Source of the DNA: a virus | Lineage: Duplodnaviria; Caudoviricetes | Strand: one strand, 5' to 3' | DNA length: 54,049 nt | Virus record (IMG/VR): IMGVR_UViG_3300048011_000299 | Location: 1 to 54,049 of that record | Shown: in pieces, positions 1 through 9,352 of the stretch | How the letters are laid out: each line of letters starts with the position of its first letter | How positions within the stretch are numbered: the first letter of the stretch is position 1 | The notes under the pieces: model-generated | Databases searched by the model: none | What the model was told of the DNA's origin: nothing | Seen by the model: only the letters and a program-made list of their open reading frames with translations | Translations under genes and position numbers: made by a program

Positions 1-29
1 AGGCATCCCTCGCCTCTGGAAATGGTCTC
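1..29 (+). repeat. End overlap with 54021-54049 (28/29 identical); circular assembly
   Basis: aggcatccctcgcctctggaaatggt occurs at both window ends. Confidence 0.95.
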
Positions 30-390
30 TGACTTCGCATCCAGAATGGAGCAGCCACTGGGCGAGAAGTGGAAGTTCAGCAAGAAGCTGGAAGATTTTC
101 GCTGGGATATGATTCAGGAAGAATACGGGGAAGCTTTTGATGAAAGCTGCAACGGAAATAACCCTGAAAACATGCTCAAGGAATTAGCTGACTTAGTCTA
201 CGTGATTTACGGATACGCAGCCACATACGGCTGGAATTTAGACAAGGCAGTTCGCCGTGTACACCGCTCTAATATGAGCAAGCTGGGCTTAGACGGCAAG
301 CCCCTGAAAGGACCAGACGGCAAAGTGCAGAAGGGTCCAAATTATAAAAAACCAACACTAACAGACCTTGTGGAGACCAATGATGAGTAA
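1..390 (+). CDS. MazG-like / PRA-PH-like NTP pyrophosphohydrolase, 3' part (begins at 53925 across the circular junction; about 161 aa in total)
   Basis: EEYGE..KELADLVYV..VHRSNMSKLG.DGKP..DGKVQKGPNY motif; frame is continuous with ATG 53925 through the end overlap. Confidence 0.85.
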   Translation, partial: RHPSPLEMVSDFASRMEQPLGEKWKFSKKLEDFRWDMIQEEYGEAFDESCNGNNPENMLKELADLVYVIYGYAATYGWNLDKAVRRVHRSNMSKLGLDGKPLKGPDGKVQKGPNYKKPTLTDLVETNDE

Positions 391-2332
391 CCTATTACCA
401 ACTGACTACCAAACCTTCATAGCAACCAGCCGCTATGCGAGGTGGCTCGAAGAAGAAGGCCGAAGGGAGACATGGTCAGAGACAGTATCTCGCTACGTGG
501 ATAATATTGTGCGCCCTAAAGTAGGTGCGGAGTTTAATTTATCAGAAATAGAACAGGCTATACTGAGCCTAGAAGTCATGCCCAGTATGCGGTCAATGAT
601 GACTGCAGGTAAGGCGGCTAACCGCGATAATACGTGTATGTATAATTGCAGCTATCTAGCCGTAGATGATTTGAAGGCCTTCGATGAGGCTATGTTCATC
701 TTGCTTTGCGGTACTGGAGTAGGTTTCTCTGTCGAGAGACAGTATATCAATAATCTCCCTGAAGTTCCGACTCTCTTCGACAGTGATACTATCGTTATGG
801 TCAGGGATAGTAAGGAAGGCTGGGCTAAGGCTTTCAGGCAAGTTCTTGCTCTCCTGTGGGCTGGTGAAATTCCAAAATGGAATGTGGAAAAAATAAGACC
901 GGCTGGCTCTAGGCTAAAGACATTCGGGGGCAGGGCGTCTGGCCCAGCGCCGTTAGTCGATTTGTTTAACTTTGCAGTCACTACGTTTAAGAATGCTCAA
1001 GGACGTAAGCTGTCTTCGATTGAGGCGCATGATCTAATGTGCAAAGTAGGAGAAGTAGTAGTCGTTGGCGGTGTACGCCGCTCCGCAATGATTTCTCTGA
1101 GCAACCTGTCTGATGACCGTATGCGTCATGCTAAGTCCGGTAAGTGGTGGGAGAATGACCCACAACGCGCATTAGCAAACAACTCTGTGGCCTACTCAGA
1201 GAAGCCTGACAGCATGTCCTTCATGCGGGAATGGACTGCCTTGGTAGAGAGCGGGTCAGGGGAGAGAGGCATCTTCAACCGGCAAGCTGCTATTAAACAA
1301 GCTGCTAAGAATGGACGCCGTGACCCTAATCGTGAGTGGGGTACTAATCCCTGTAGTGAGATCATTTTAGCTGGGCCTAGAACTGATCCAAAGACTGGTA
1401 ATCCTATTGCCGGTACAGGTGGGCAATTTTGCAACCTCAGTGAAGTAGTTGTGAGGGCAACCGACACGATAGAAGACTTGGAGCGTAAGGTTAGGCTGGC
1501 TACTATTTTAGGAACCGTACAGGCCACCTACACTAAGTTCCCGTACCTTCGGAAGGTCTGGGAGAAGAATACTGCCGAAGAGCGTCTGCTTGGCGTCAGC
1601 CTGACAGGTATTATGGATAACCCGCTAATGACTACAGCCAACAAGGGATTGGCTGAGACTTTAGAGCATCTAAAGCAGGTTGCAGTGGATACTAACAAAG
1701 AGTGGGCAGATAGGCTTGGAATAGAGCAGTCGGCTGCTATTACGTGCGTGAAACCATCGGGAACAGTTTCGCAGCTAGTAGATAGTGCTAGTGGCATACA
1801 TGCCCGTCACTCTCCATATTATATCCGTACAGTAAGGGGTGATAATAAAGACCCTCTAACGCAGTTTATGATAGAACAAGGCATTCCCAATGAGCCAGAG
1901 GCATTTAAGCCTGATCAAACGACTGTATTCAGCTTTCCAGTTAAGTCTCCTGAAGGAGCGGTCTGCACCGCAGATATGACGGCTATTGAGCAGCTTGAAA
2001 TGTGGCTGATGTACCAACGGCATTTTGCGGAACATAAACCAAGCGTAACTATAAACGTAAAGGCTGATGAGTGGTTTGAAGTAGGCGCATTTGTGTATGA
2101 GAATTTTGATGAGATGTCTGGCGTATCGTTCTTGCCGTATGATGATCATACTTATCAACAGGCTCCTTATCAAGAATGTGAGGTTGCAGAATATCAGATG
2201 TTGCTAGGTCAAATGCCTGAACGCATTGACTGGTCGAAGCTGGCAGACTACGAAAAAGAGGACACAACGGTCAGTATGCAGACGATGGCTTGTACTGGAG
2301 ACAGTTGCGAACTCGTTGATATTTCAGCATAA
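380..2332 (+). CDS. nrdJ: Class II (adenosylcobalamin-dependent) ribonucleotide reductase
   Basis: PSMR, YNCSY, GTGVGFSVE, GGVRRSA, TNPCSE, QFCNLSE, TCVKPSGT and C-terminal ACTGDSC; no small subunit gene; GGAG RBS before ATG 380/383. Confidence 0.93.
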   Translation: MMSNLLPTDYQTFIATSRYARWLEEEGRRETWSETVSRYVDNIVRPKVGAEFNLSEIEQAILSLEVMPSMRSMMTAGKAANRDNTCMYNCSYLAVDDLKAFDEAMFILLCGTGVGFSVERQYINNLPEVPTLFDSDTIVMVRDSKEGWAKAFRQVLALLWAGEIPKWNVEKIRPAGSRLKTFGGRASGPAPLVDLFNFAVTTFKNAQGRKLSSIEAHDLMCKVGEVVVVGGVRRSAMISLSNLSDDRMRHAKSGKWWENDPQRALANNSVAYSEKPDSMSFMREWTALVESGSGERGIFNRQAAIKQAAKNGRRDPNREWGTNPCSEIILAGPRTDPKTGNPIAGTGGQFCNLSEVVVRATDTIEDLERKVRLATILGTVQATYTKFPYLRKVWEKNTAEERLLGVSLTGIMDNPLMTTANKGLAETLEHLKQVAVDTNKEWADRLGIEQSAAITCVKPSGTVSQLVDSASGIHARHSPYYIRTVRGDNKDPLTQFMIEQGIPNEPEAFKPDQTTVFSFPVKSPEGAVCTADMTAIEQLEMWLMYQRHFAEHKPSVTINVKADEWFEVGAFVYENFDEMSGVSFLPYDDHTYQQAPYQECEVAEYQMLLGQMPERIDWSKLADYEKEDTTVSMQTMACTGDSCELVDISA

Positions 2333-2340
2333 ATCACAAT

Positions 2341-2372
2341 AAAAAAGCCCTCAGATCGCTTGACCTGAGAGC
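2341..2372 (-). terminator. Intrinsic terminator ending the minus-strand late operon
   Basis: Minus strand reads gctctcag-loop-ctgagggc followed by TTTTTT. Confidence 0.7.
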
Positions 2373-2388
2373 GCATTTACACTAAAAT
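2360..2388 (+). promoter_or_regulatory. Sigma70-type promoter for the putative sRNA
   Basis: TTGACC-17 nt-TAAAAT; no plausible plus-strand ORF before the next terminator. Confidence 0.7.
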
Positions 2389-2394
2389 GTATCT

Positions 2395-2467
2395 TGAATG
2401 AGGTTGAGATTGGTCCACCTTGTTCGTTGGTTGAGACCCCTGCTTTGGTTGGCGGGGGTCTCTTTCT
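2395..2467 (+). ncRNA. Putative trans-acting antisense small RNA (about 70 nt) complementary to early-gene ribosome-binding leaders
   Basis: Promoter upstream; 11-bp terminator stem at 2433-2462; core GAUUGGUCC-ACC-UUGUUCGUUGGUUG complementary to several translation initiation regions. Confidence 0.65.
2433..2467 (+). terminator. Intrinsic terminator hairpin (sRNA and nrdJ operon)
   Basis: gagacccctgc-tttggttg-gcgggggtctc then tttct. Confidence 0.75.
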
Positions 2468-5400
2468 ATTCAGGGAAGTTTTTCCTAGTCTCAAAGTTTG
2501 GCATTACACCTAAAGCAGCTTCAGTCATATCTTCACCCACGGCTATAGCTAAACTATTGAGTACTGGGTTACTATAATCTTGCTGGCCGTCTTCTTCTTC
2601 TCTGATACGGATTTGGTATCTACCGTCCAGCCGTGCTACCCGAAGAGCCGCTAAGGAAGCATCTCTGATAGCATCCCTAGATTGTCGCTTCCTAGTTATA
2701 TCTACAAGATTAGCAAATTCTTTAGGGCTTGTAATAATGGTAGCCAAAACCTGTTTGTGGATTTCTTTTTCGAGGGCAATAATTTCCTCTACTCTAGCGG
2801 ATGATAATCTACGCAGCATTGCAGCGGTTGGGTTCATGTAACCGGCTAGTACCAGAATACTGGTTGAGACAGCATCTCTAGTTTCTTCACCTATTCTAGT
2901 AAGTATCTCTGTATTAGAACCTACAGGAACATCCCTGAGCAGGGTTGGACCAGCATTGGCATATAAGACATTAAGAGCGTTGAATACACCTACTCTAACT
3001 GACTCTGTGGCTGCGTCAGCGGCTCCCTCTGGAAAGATGATGTCTAAGCTCTTCATTAAGCCTTTGGCAGAATCGGCGGTAAGCTTAACAATCTGGCTTG
3101 GCTGTATATTACGAAGCGGTGTGCCGTCAGGTTTAAAGCCGGTTATGCTTGATCCAAATACTTTCGAACCGACTGTATCTAAAGCAACAGACTGTAAGGC
3201 TTGTTGAGCAAGAAGACGTTGGCTAGTGGGTAGCTTATCTATCTCAGCCATTAGTTCTATAGTGCCATTGCTATCGGGCTTAGTAATAATATCCGACAGG
3301 GCTGCTCTAGTATCAGTTCTAGCGGCCTTACCTACACCACCCGATCTGCGAGTTACTTTAGATAGAAGATCATTTAGAACAGAGCTTTCTGCGGCCTTCA
3401 GAGCTTGCTTGGCTTGAGTAATGCTCTCTTCAGCACCTAACAAGTCATCTCCTAAATCACGCCGCCTCTGGCCTATGTCTACAACCATCTGCGCTAATCT
3501 GTCTGCACTCTGGTCATTACCGGCTGCGCGTAATTGTTTGATGGCAGGAGCAATTTGCTGATTGAGGTCTATCTCACTCATGCCTTTTGTAGCCAGTACA
3601 GAAAGCTTCTCCATCATCCTAGCCATGATGAGATCACCCATAAGAGGGGTGGTCGGCCCTACGTTACCCATAGATTCATCGATGGCTTCGTATAGCTGCG
3701 TAAAGCCTGACCCGTCAGCCTCATCCATAGCCGTATTGACGTAGGATTCCATTGCACGGTTGGAGTCTACAACACCTTGATCCCTAGAGGTTACTTGAGA
3801 GGGGTCTAGATTACGCTTGGAGCGTTGATCTGATAGTACAGACGTAAGAGCCTTAATCCGGTCATCATTACGCCAGCGATTATCAAAGTCTTTGTATTTC
3901 TGGTCAGCTATTTCTGCAAGTTCTCTGGTCTCTCCCTGAGCGTAGCCTAATTGACCCAGATTACCATCATCTTGCACTTTGGAAGAAATGTGCTTTTTAA
4001 TTTGACTGAATTTCTGAGCTAATTTTGGATTAGTTGCAGAGTAAGTGTCATACATACCGCTAAGAGTGGGCCGTAAGTTATAAACGTCTTGAAAGCCTAT
4101 GGTACTACCAATTCTCTCAAGAAACTCTGCCTTCTTTTCAGGTCTGATAAATATCTCACCACTGGTCTGCATAGTGAAAACACCATCAGGACCATATAAA
4201 AAAGTACGGGTATCCTCAGTAACCATCTTCTTATTAGTAAGTGCGGTGTAGATTTTACCCAAGGCATCTCTGGCTTGATTGCCGCTGGAGTCAAAGACGT
4301 TTACGTTTTGAACTGCGTCCAGAACTTGATCGACTAAAGCTTCCGCAGCCGCAGGTCCAATAGGCGTATTGGGAATTGCTCTAAAGGCAGCTTCTACTCC
4401 ATCTTTCTGAGCTTCAAAGACAGGGTATGCAGTACTTTGAGTCCAATTAGATAATGCCTGACGGTCATCACCGGTAAGCTGCATCTGGGTGAAGTCATCC
4501 ATCAGAAGATCGATGGATTGGTCATCTGCTACTACATTATCGATGTTTGTTTTAATAGCATCCCTAGCAGCTTCAGCCTCAGTAATGTCAGCGCCCAGAG
4601 CATTCTTTTCTACTTCAATTTGCCGTGACAGATTACCTACAGTAGTGTCTGCGGCTTCATCTATATCACCAGCAATGCGGGAGTTAGCAAATTCAGAGAA
4701 GAAGTCTCCCATTTGATTGAGGACGGCATTATCTGTGCCAGCCACATCTGGATTACTTCTATTACTACGCATGATAGAAATCATACGCTGATACATATCT
4801 CCAGAAGCCTGTTGGATCATTTCTTCAAATTCGTCGGCTCCCATAGTATCCTGAAGATGCTGACGGGTTTCTCGCATATAGGCCTCAGAGCCTGTCATCA
4901 GAGCCTGAGCCGTAGGTACTGGGATGTCTTTCTGAAAATCAGCAATCTTCAGTGTGACTACGGCATTACTGTTTAGTACCTTAGAAAGAACTTTTAAATT
5001 CCTTCCTACCTCAAGAGCATTCTTACCCTTCATCATAGTTGGGTCTAGAAACTCAGCTACCTTTAGGACTATGCCGTCTTGTACGGCGGCACTCATCCCA
5101 TCGAGGTCTCTGATAGTTGCCCCTGTAGCGTATTTACCTTTGCGAGTAATAAAATTAAACAAGGGAGTTGCTACTGTAAGCAAGCCATCCATAGCACCGT
5201 TAAGAATTAGACCGTCTGCTAATACAGCTAAATCATTGGCAGTTTCATCTGTTATATCTGCACCAGCACTCTCTGCTATACCTTTAATACGATCCGAAGA
5301 TATTACTAAACCAGAATCTCCTTCACTAACGGCCAGTGTTTCTAAAATAGAGCCAGATATTGTATTAGCGGTAACTGTACCAACGCCACCTAATTTTGCA

Positions 5401-6263
5401 CCTCTATTAAGAGTTGCCCCAGCCTTAGCTAAACGTAATGCTCCTTGAGCAGGTTTAGCCACAACACCCATAGGAAGAGCAAGCGTCCACAAGTCAGACA
5501 TAAATTGTTCGCCGCCACTAAGCTGCATACTAGGGGTGTTTGCTGCAAAGCCGCGCTCCTCTTCGGGAACAGAGGGGTCGTATTCGCTGGTATCTGTGGT
5601 AAACTCTTTATTATAAATACCTACAGCGTCCTTAGCTAGGCTTTTACTGCCTTCTTTAAAAATCCTAGACCAGAAATTACTGTCATAGGTTGGTATTAGG
5701 TAATCAGTGGCAACCAATTTAGAAGGATCGTTTGGATCAGGTTCATAAGCGGTATAAACTCTATCACCGTTATCTTGTAGAACGCCGGTCTGGTTATATA
5801 GCTCCTGAGATTGCTTCTCCCATTGCTCTTTTGCCGCTGGAAGGTCTTGGATTGCTAACTGAGACTCGCTTAGTTCGTTATAGCCCGTCCAGAGGTTTGC
5901 TACGTCCTGAAACGCGGCAGTAGCTCTTGTAATAGGGCCAACTCTAGGTGGTTTACCGTATAGGTCTTGCTTAGACAGGCTGTCTGCTTCTGCAACAGCA
6001 CTCTCTCGTACATTATTACGGGCATCTTCTGAAAACCTGTCGGACTCAGATCGCCAATCTTCCGCATTGCCGCCAAGAAAAGTCTCTTTCTCTTCTGGAA
6101 ATGCTAGGAAGTAATCATCTATAGCAGAGCTTTGGGGCGTTTCTGGAACAGTAGGAGAAGTTCCGTTGAGAGCATTCTGAATATCTTCTGGAGAGTATCC
6201 TAAAGCCTCCGCTTCTTCTGGAAACTGATCATAATATTTTGCCTGAGCTTCAGTCAGTTCCAT
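2466..6263 (-). CDS. Large putative internal virion / DNA ejection protein (1265 aa)
   Basis: Long ORF, Ala/Asp/Gln-rich, last gene of the virion operon; function inferred from position and size only. Confidence 0.55.
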   Translation of the reverse strand: MELTEAQAKYYDQFPEEAEALGYSPEDIQNALNGTSPTVPETPQSSAIDDYFLAFPEEKETFLGGNAEDWRSESDRFSEDARNNVRESAVAEADSLSKQDLYGKPPRVGPITRATAAFQDVANLWTGYNELSESQLAIQDLPAAKEQWEKQSQELYNQTGVLQDNGDRVYTAYEPDPNDPSKLVATDYLIPTYDSNFWSRIFKEGSKSLAKDAVGIYNKEFTTDTSEYDPSVPEEERGFAANTPSMQLSGGEQFMSDLWTLALPMGVVAKPAQGALRLAKAGATLNRGAKLGGVGTVTANTISGSILETLAVSEGDSGLVISSDRIKGIAESAGADITDETANDLAVLADGLILNGAMDGLLTVATPLFNFITRKGKYATGATIRDLDGMSAAVQDGIVLKVAEFLDPTMMKGKNALEVGRNLKVLSKVLNSNAVVTLKIADFQKDIPVPTAQALMTGSEAYMRETRQHLQDTMGADEFEEMIQQASGDMYQRMISIMRSNRSNPDVAGTDNAVLNQMGDFFSEFANSRIAGDIDEAADTTVGNLSRQIEVEKNALGADITEAEAARDAIKTNIDNVVADDQSIDLLMDDFTQMQLTGDDRQALSNWTQSTAYPVFEAQKDGVEAAFRAIPNTPIGPAAAEALVDQVLDAVQNVNVFDSSGNQARDALGKIYTALTNKKMVTEDTRTFLYGPDGVFTMQTSGEIFIRPEKKAEFLERIGSTIGFQDVYNLRPTLSGMYDTYSATNPKLAQKFSQIKKHISSKVQDDGNLGQLGYAQGETRELAEIADQKYKDFDNRWRNDDRIKALTSVLSDQRSKRNLDPSQVTSRDQGVVDSNRAMESYVNTAMDEADGSGFTQLYEAIDESMGNVGPTTPLMGDLIMARMMEKLSVLATKGMSEIDLNQQIAPAIKQLRAAGNDQSADRLAQMVVDIGQRRRDLGDDLLGAEESITQAKQALKAAESSVLNDLLSKVTRRSGGVGKAARTDTRAALSDIITKPDSNGTIELMAEIDKLPTSQRLLAQQALQSVALDTVGSKVFGSSITGFKPDGTPLRNIQPSQIVKLTADSAKGLMKSLDIIFPEGAADAATESVRVGVFNALNVLYANAGPTLLRDVPVGSNTEILTRIGEETRDAVSTSILVLAGYMNPTAAMLRRLSSARVEEIIALEKEIHKQVLATIITSPKEFANLVDITRKRQSRDAIRDASLAALRVARLDGRYQIRIREEEDGQQDYSNPVLNSLAIAVGEDMTEAALGVMPNFETRKNFPE

Positions 6264-6266
6264 GCG

Positions 6267-8594
6267 TTACTCCTGTGCCGATAATAAGGGACCAAGGGCA
6301 GATTTAGCTTGTTGGATTTGTTCTGGGGTAGGGTCTGGGCCAAAGATCATCCTAGCTCGAATATAGTAGAAGTTATCCATCAATTGTCCTTGTACAGCTT
6401 CAGGCTGGCCCCTAATCCAGTCCACTCTAATTTTATCGCTGTCCAACAATTGTTGATTATTCATATAGGTATTTAAGCCCAAGCCATTATTGTTTTCAGT
6501 TTCGTCTGTTTGCTGGTCAGACGGCACTGGCGCGGTGCTGGAAAGCCACTGCATCACTTCAGGGGTATTGTTATTCAGGTGATCGTTGATACCAACTTGA
6601 AGCTGAGTTGCTTCAAATGCCTGTCTATAAACAGGGTTCATCATGGCAATGTTATGCTCACTGCTATTATTTAATATCTGATCATAATCTTTAACCGCCT
6701 GAGTAATCATATTCTGGGTCTGAGTTTTTAGGTTGGCAGTATATGTGGGATAATCAGTGCCTACATTATTGATAGTAAGCGCATTCTTATAATCGAAGTT
6801 AGAAAGAGCCTGACCTGAGCTATCCAGAGCCAATTTAGCAAAGGAGAATGCGTGTCGAATATTAAGAGCATTCCACTGCGCCCATGCCGAAGCATTTTGT
6901 GCTAAAATAGACTTACTTTCTTCGTCTTCGGGTTGAAGATTTTGTAATTTCTGAGCCGCTTGTCTGCTAAATTCTTCAGCAAATTTGCTATCCGATAGAC
7001 CTTCACCGCCTAGCTCATTAGCCAGCGACTCTAGTTCTTCACCTACTCTTACGACTAGAGATGCACCCTTACCACCAATAAATGTCAGTATGTCTGGGTT
7101 GTTCTTAGCAAAAGTATCCAGTTGCAGAGCAGTCTGAGCCAGAGTGGTTGTATCGGTCTTCAAGTCTGACAGCGGCGCATTAAAGTCGGCGGTATTTCTA
7201 TTAGCCATATTCTGTGCGGCAATAACTTGATCGCTGCGAGGTCCAAGGTGTACAATATCATCTTTATCGTATGTCTTACCGTGTAATGCGTCATACCAGT
7301 TACCATTCTCCATCACAGCCAAATACATTTCAATAGGATCGCCAAAAGAAATCGCGTCAGGGTTTTCAAGCTTAGGCTTCAGAAATACCGTCTGCATTTT
7401 ATCTGTAAGCTTTAAGTCATTAGAGGTGTCGCCTTCGGCAGCATCATAAGTAGCTTGTACCTGAGCCAGTAACGATTTACGCTGCTCTAGAGCCAGTTTC
7501 TGTCGCACTTGATCTTCTGTTAAACTTGAATCGTCAGGACCAAAAGACGCTAATTCTGAGGTCACATTAGCCGTGAAGTCTGCAATGTTAGTCTTAGTTA
7601 TAGTCTCCGTCATAAACTTCTTAGTAGTAGGCTCTGCCAAAAGTTTATCGACTTCCGGTCGTAGAGATGGATCAGCATTTGCTAATTTCTTTAACTCATC
7701 GTCATCCTTAAAGGAGCCATCGTCATTCTTTAATGGGTTATTGTCAGGATTAAGATTAAACCGTGGCTCCTTCTTTATGGTTTCTAGGGCAGTAAGCAGG
7801 GCAGTCTTTTGCGTACCGGTGGGCATTGCATTGATCTGACTTTCCTTAGCACTTAAATCTGCTTTATTTTTTATACCCTTAAAGAACTCAGATACATCGG
7901 CAGGTACGTCTGTATATGGCGATACTTCAATGCCGCTTTTCTCTATTTCTACGGGTTCAAGGGAAGCATCATTCTCCCCTTCAGGGCCAAGAATAGCATC
8001 CATCTGCTTTTCCATGCCGCCCTGTATAGTACCGCCCGATTCTCTTAAATCCCCAACAGTGTCACGAACTCTAGCTTTAGTCTCATTATCGCCTTTGGCT
8101 CCAGCATTCTTAAAAGCAGCGTATGTACTGCTTTGGGCAACATCCAAATCTACATCACTACGCCGTAGCAGCGGCCCCTGTAATTCAAGGCTCTCAGTTT
8201 CCTTAGTGAATTTAAGCTGACCGCTATCAATCATACTCTTAGTCAGAGTAGTTACATCGCCTACATCCCCGTCCATTAAACGGAGTTGCTGCTCAAAAAA
8301 GTTTATAGCGTCAGTGTTGCTGGCATCGCCTGAGAAGTTTAAGTTCAACGCCTTAGCGTTACTCTTTAACTTTTTTTCTTTTAAATCCGCTGCATCTTGT
8401 GCGGCTTTTATTCGACGCTCTTCAATACGCGCCTCTTTGCGCTTTGCTATTTCTTCTAGCCGCTGGGCCTCTGCGCCTTTGCGAATACCATAAGAAATTT
8501 CATCCGCGAAAGCGATAAAGGGATCACTTTTCTTTTTGTATGCTCCAGAGCTTAAACCAGCCCGTACTTTAGCAGCCTCACTCTTAAAGCTCAT
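6267..8594 (-). CDS. Putative internal virion protein (775 aa)
   Basis: Long ORF with a charged coiled-coil N-terminus, in the ejection-protein cluster. Confidence 0.5.
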   Translation of the reverse strand: MSFKSEAAKVRAGLSSGAYKKKSDPFIAFADEISYGIRKGAEAQRLEEIAKRKEARIEERRIKAAQDAADLKEKKLKSNAKALNLNFSGDASNTDAINFFEQQLRLMDGDVGDVTTLTKSMIDSGQLKFTKETESLELQGPLLRRSDVDLDVAQSSTYAAFKNAGAKGDNETKARVRDTVGDLRESGGTIQGGMEKQMDAILGPEGENDASLEPVEIEKSGIEVSPYTDVPADVSEFFKGIKNKADLSAKESQINAMPTGTQKTALLTALETIKKEPRFNLNPDNNPLKNDDGSFKDDDELKKLANADPSLRPEVDKLLAEPTTKKFMTETITKTNIADFTANVTSELASFGPDDSSLTEDQVRQKLALEQRKSLLAQVQATYDAAEGDTSNDLKLTDKMQTVFLKPKLENPDAISFGDPIEMYLAVMENGNWYDALHGKTYDKDDIVHLGPRSDQVIAAQNMANRNTADFNAPLSDLKTDTTTLAQTALQLDTFAKNNPDILTFIGGKGASLVVRVGEELESLANELGGEGLSDSKFAEEFSRQAAQKLQNLQPEDEESKSILAQNASAWAQWNALNIRHAFSFAKLALDSSGQALSNFDYKNALTINNVGTDYPTYTANLKTQTQNMITQAVKDYDQILNNSSEHNIAMMNPVYRQAFEATQLQVGINDHLNNNTPEVMQWLSSTAPVPSDQQTDETENNNGLGLNTYMNNQQLLDSDKIRVDWIRGQPEAVQGQLMDNFYYIRARMIFGPDPTPEQIQQAKSALGPLLSAQE

Positions 8595-9132
8595 CTTCAG
8601 GCTCCTCTTCGTCTACTCCACCTAACATGGCAGCTTGTTCTTCTTCGGGGGCCACACCACCCGCTTCAGGCATAGCCATGAGACCTTCTGAAGGGGCCTC
8701 TGAAGTAGGTTCTTCAGGAATTACCTGCTCCTCGTCTTCCTCTTCCTGTAGAACACCTAGAGAAGCCTTGAGAAGCGTAGGGGTGATGATTATCCGGTCC
8801 TTGTTTTCTACACCCATCTCATATTTTACACCGGCATTCTTGGCCGATATTTCAATGTAGCGAGCTACGGGGCCAGCAATTAGAATGGATAGGTCTATAC
8901 CTATCTTACCTTTGCTGACTGCCTGTAAAAGTAAGGTGGAGACCACGGTTGCTATGTGGGCGTCTATACCCAGCATAGCAAATATTAGTTCCTTTTCTTC
9001 CGGTTCATCAATCTTATCGATTAAATAGGAAACAGCCTCATCGTAATCCACCATATCAGGTGGCCTGTGCCACGCATAATTTCGAGTATCTGATAGATAA
9101 TTACCGCCCGGAATTGGAGCATTAAACCTCAT
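8584..9132 (-). CDS. Hypothetical protein with acidic C-terminus (182 aa)
   Basis: ORF overlapping both neighbours. Confidence 0.6.
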   Translation of the reverse strand: MRFNAPIPGGNYLSDTRNYAWHRPPDMVDYDEAVSYLIDKIDEPEEKELIFAMLGIDAHIATVVSTLLLQAVSKGKIGIDLSILIAGPVARYIEISAKNAGVKYEMGVENKDRIIITPTLLKASLGVLQEEEDEEQVIPEEPTSEAPSEGLMAMPEAGGVAPEEEQAAMLGGVDEEEPEDEL

Positions 9133-9316
9133 CTTCTAATTCCTCTTCTTTAGACAGCTTGCTATCAGTGGGTTCTTCAAGAAATTCTTCTTCCATCTCA
9201 TCGAAAAACTCAGGCGTATACAGAAGCCCATCCTCAACTAATTCAGAGGTCTTCATCGGCATTTTACCATTTATAAATACTTTAATTGATTTTTTGACCG
9301 CTTCATCAAACGTCAT
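9122..9316 (-). CDS. Small acidic hypothetical protein (64 aa)
   Basis: AAGGTG RBS; overlaps the next gene. Confidence 0.6.
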   Translation of the reverse strand: MTFDEAVKKSIKVFINGKMPMKTSELVEDGLLYTPEFFDEMEEEFLEEPTDSKLSKEEELEDEV

Positions 9317-9352
9317 TTTTTATCACCTTATTTATTTACAGCACGGTTAATT

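Noticed and set aside
2377-2418. Minus-strand mini-ORF (GTG, 13 codons) behind the leader-like motif
   Set aside because: The SD is disrupted by the 3-nt insert and no ATG lies at the usual spacing; the plus-strand promoter and terminator fit an sRNA better. Not fully excluded.
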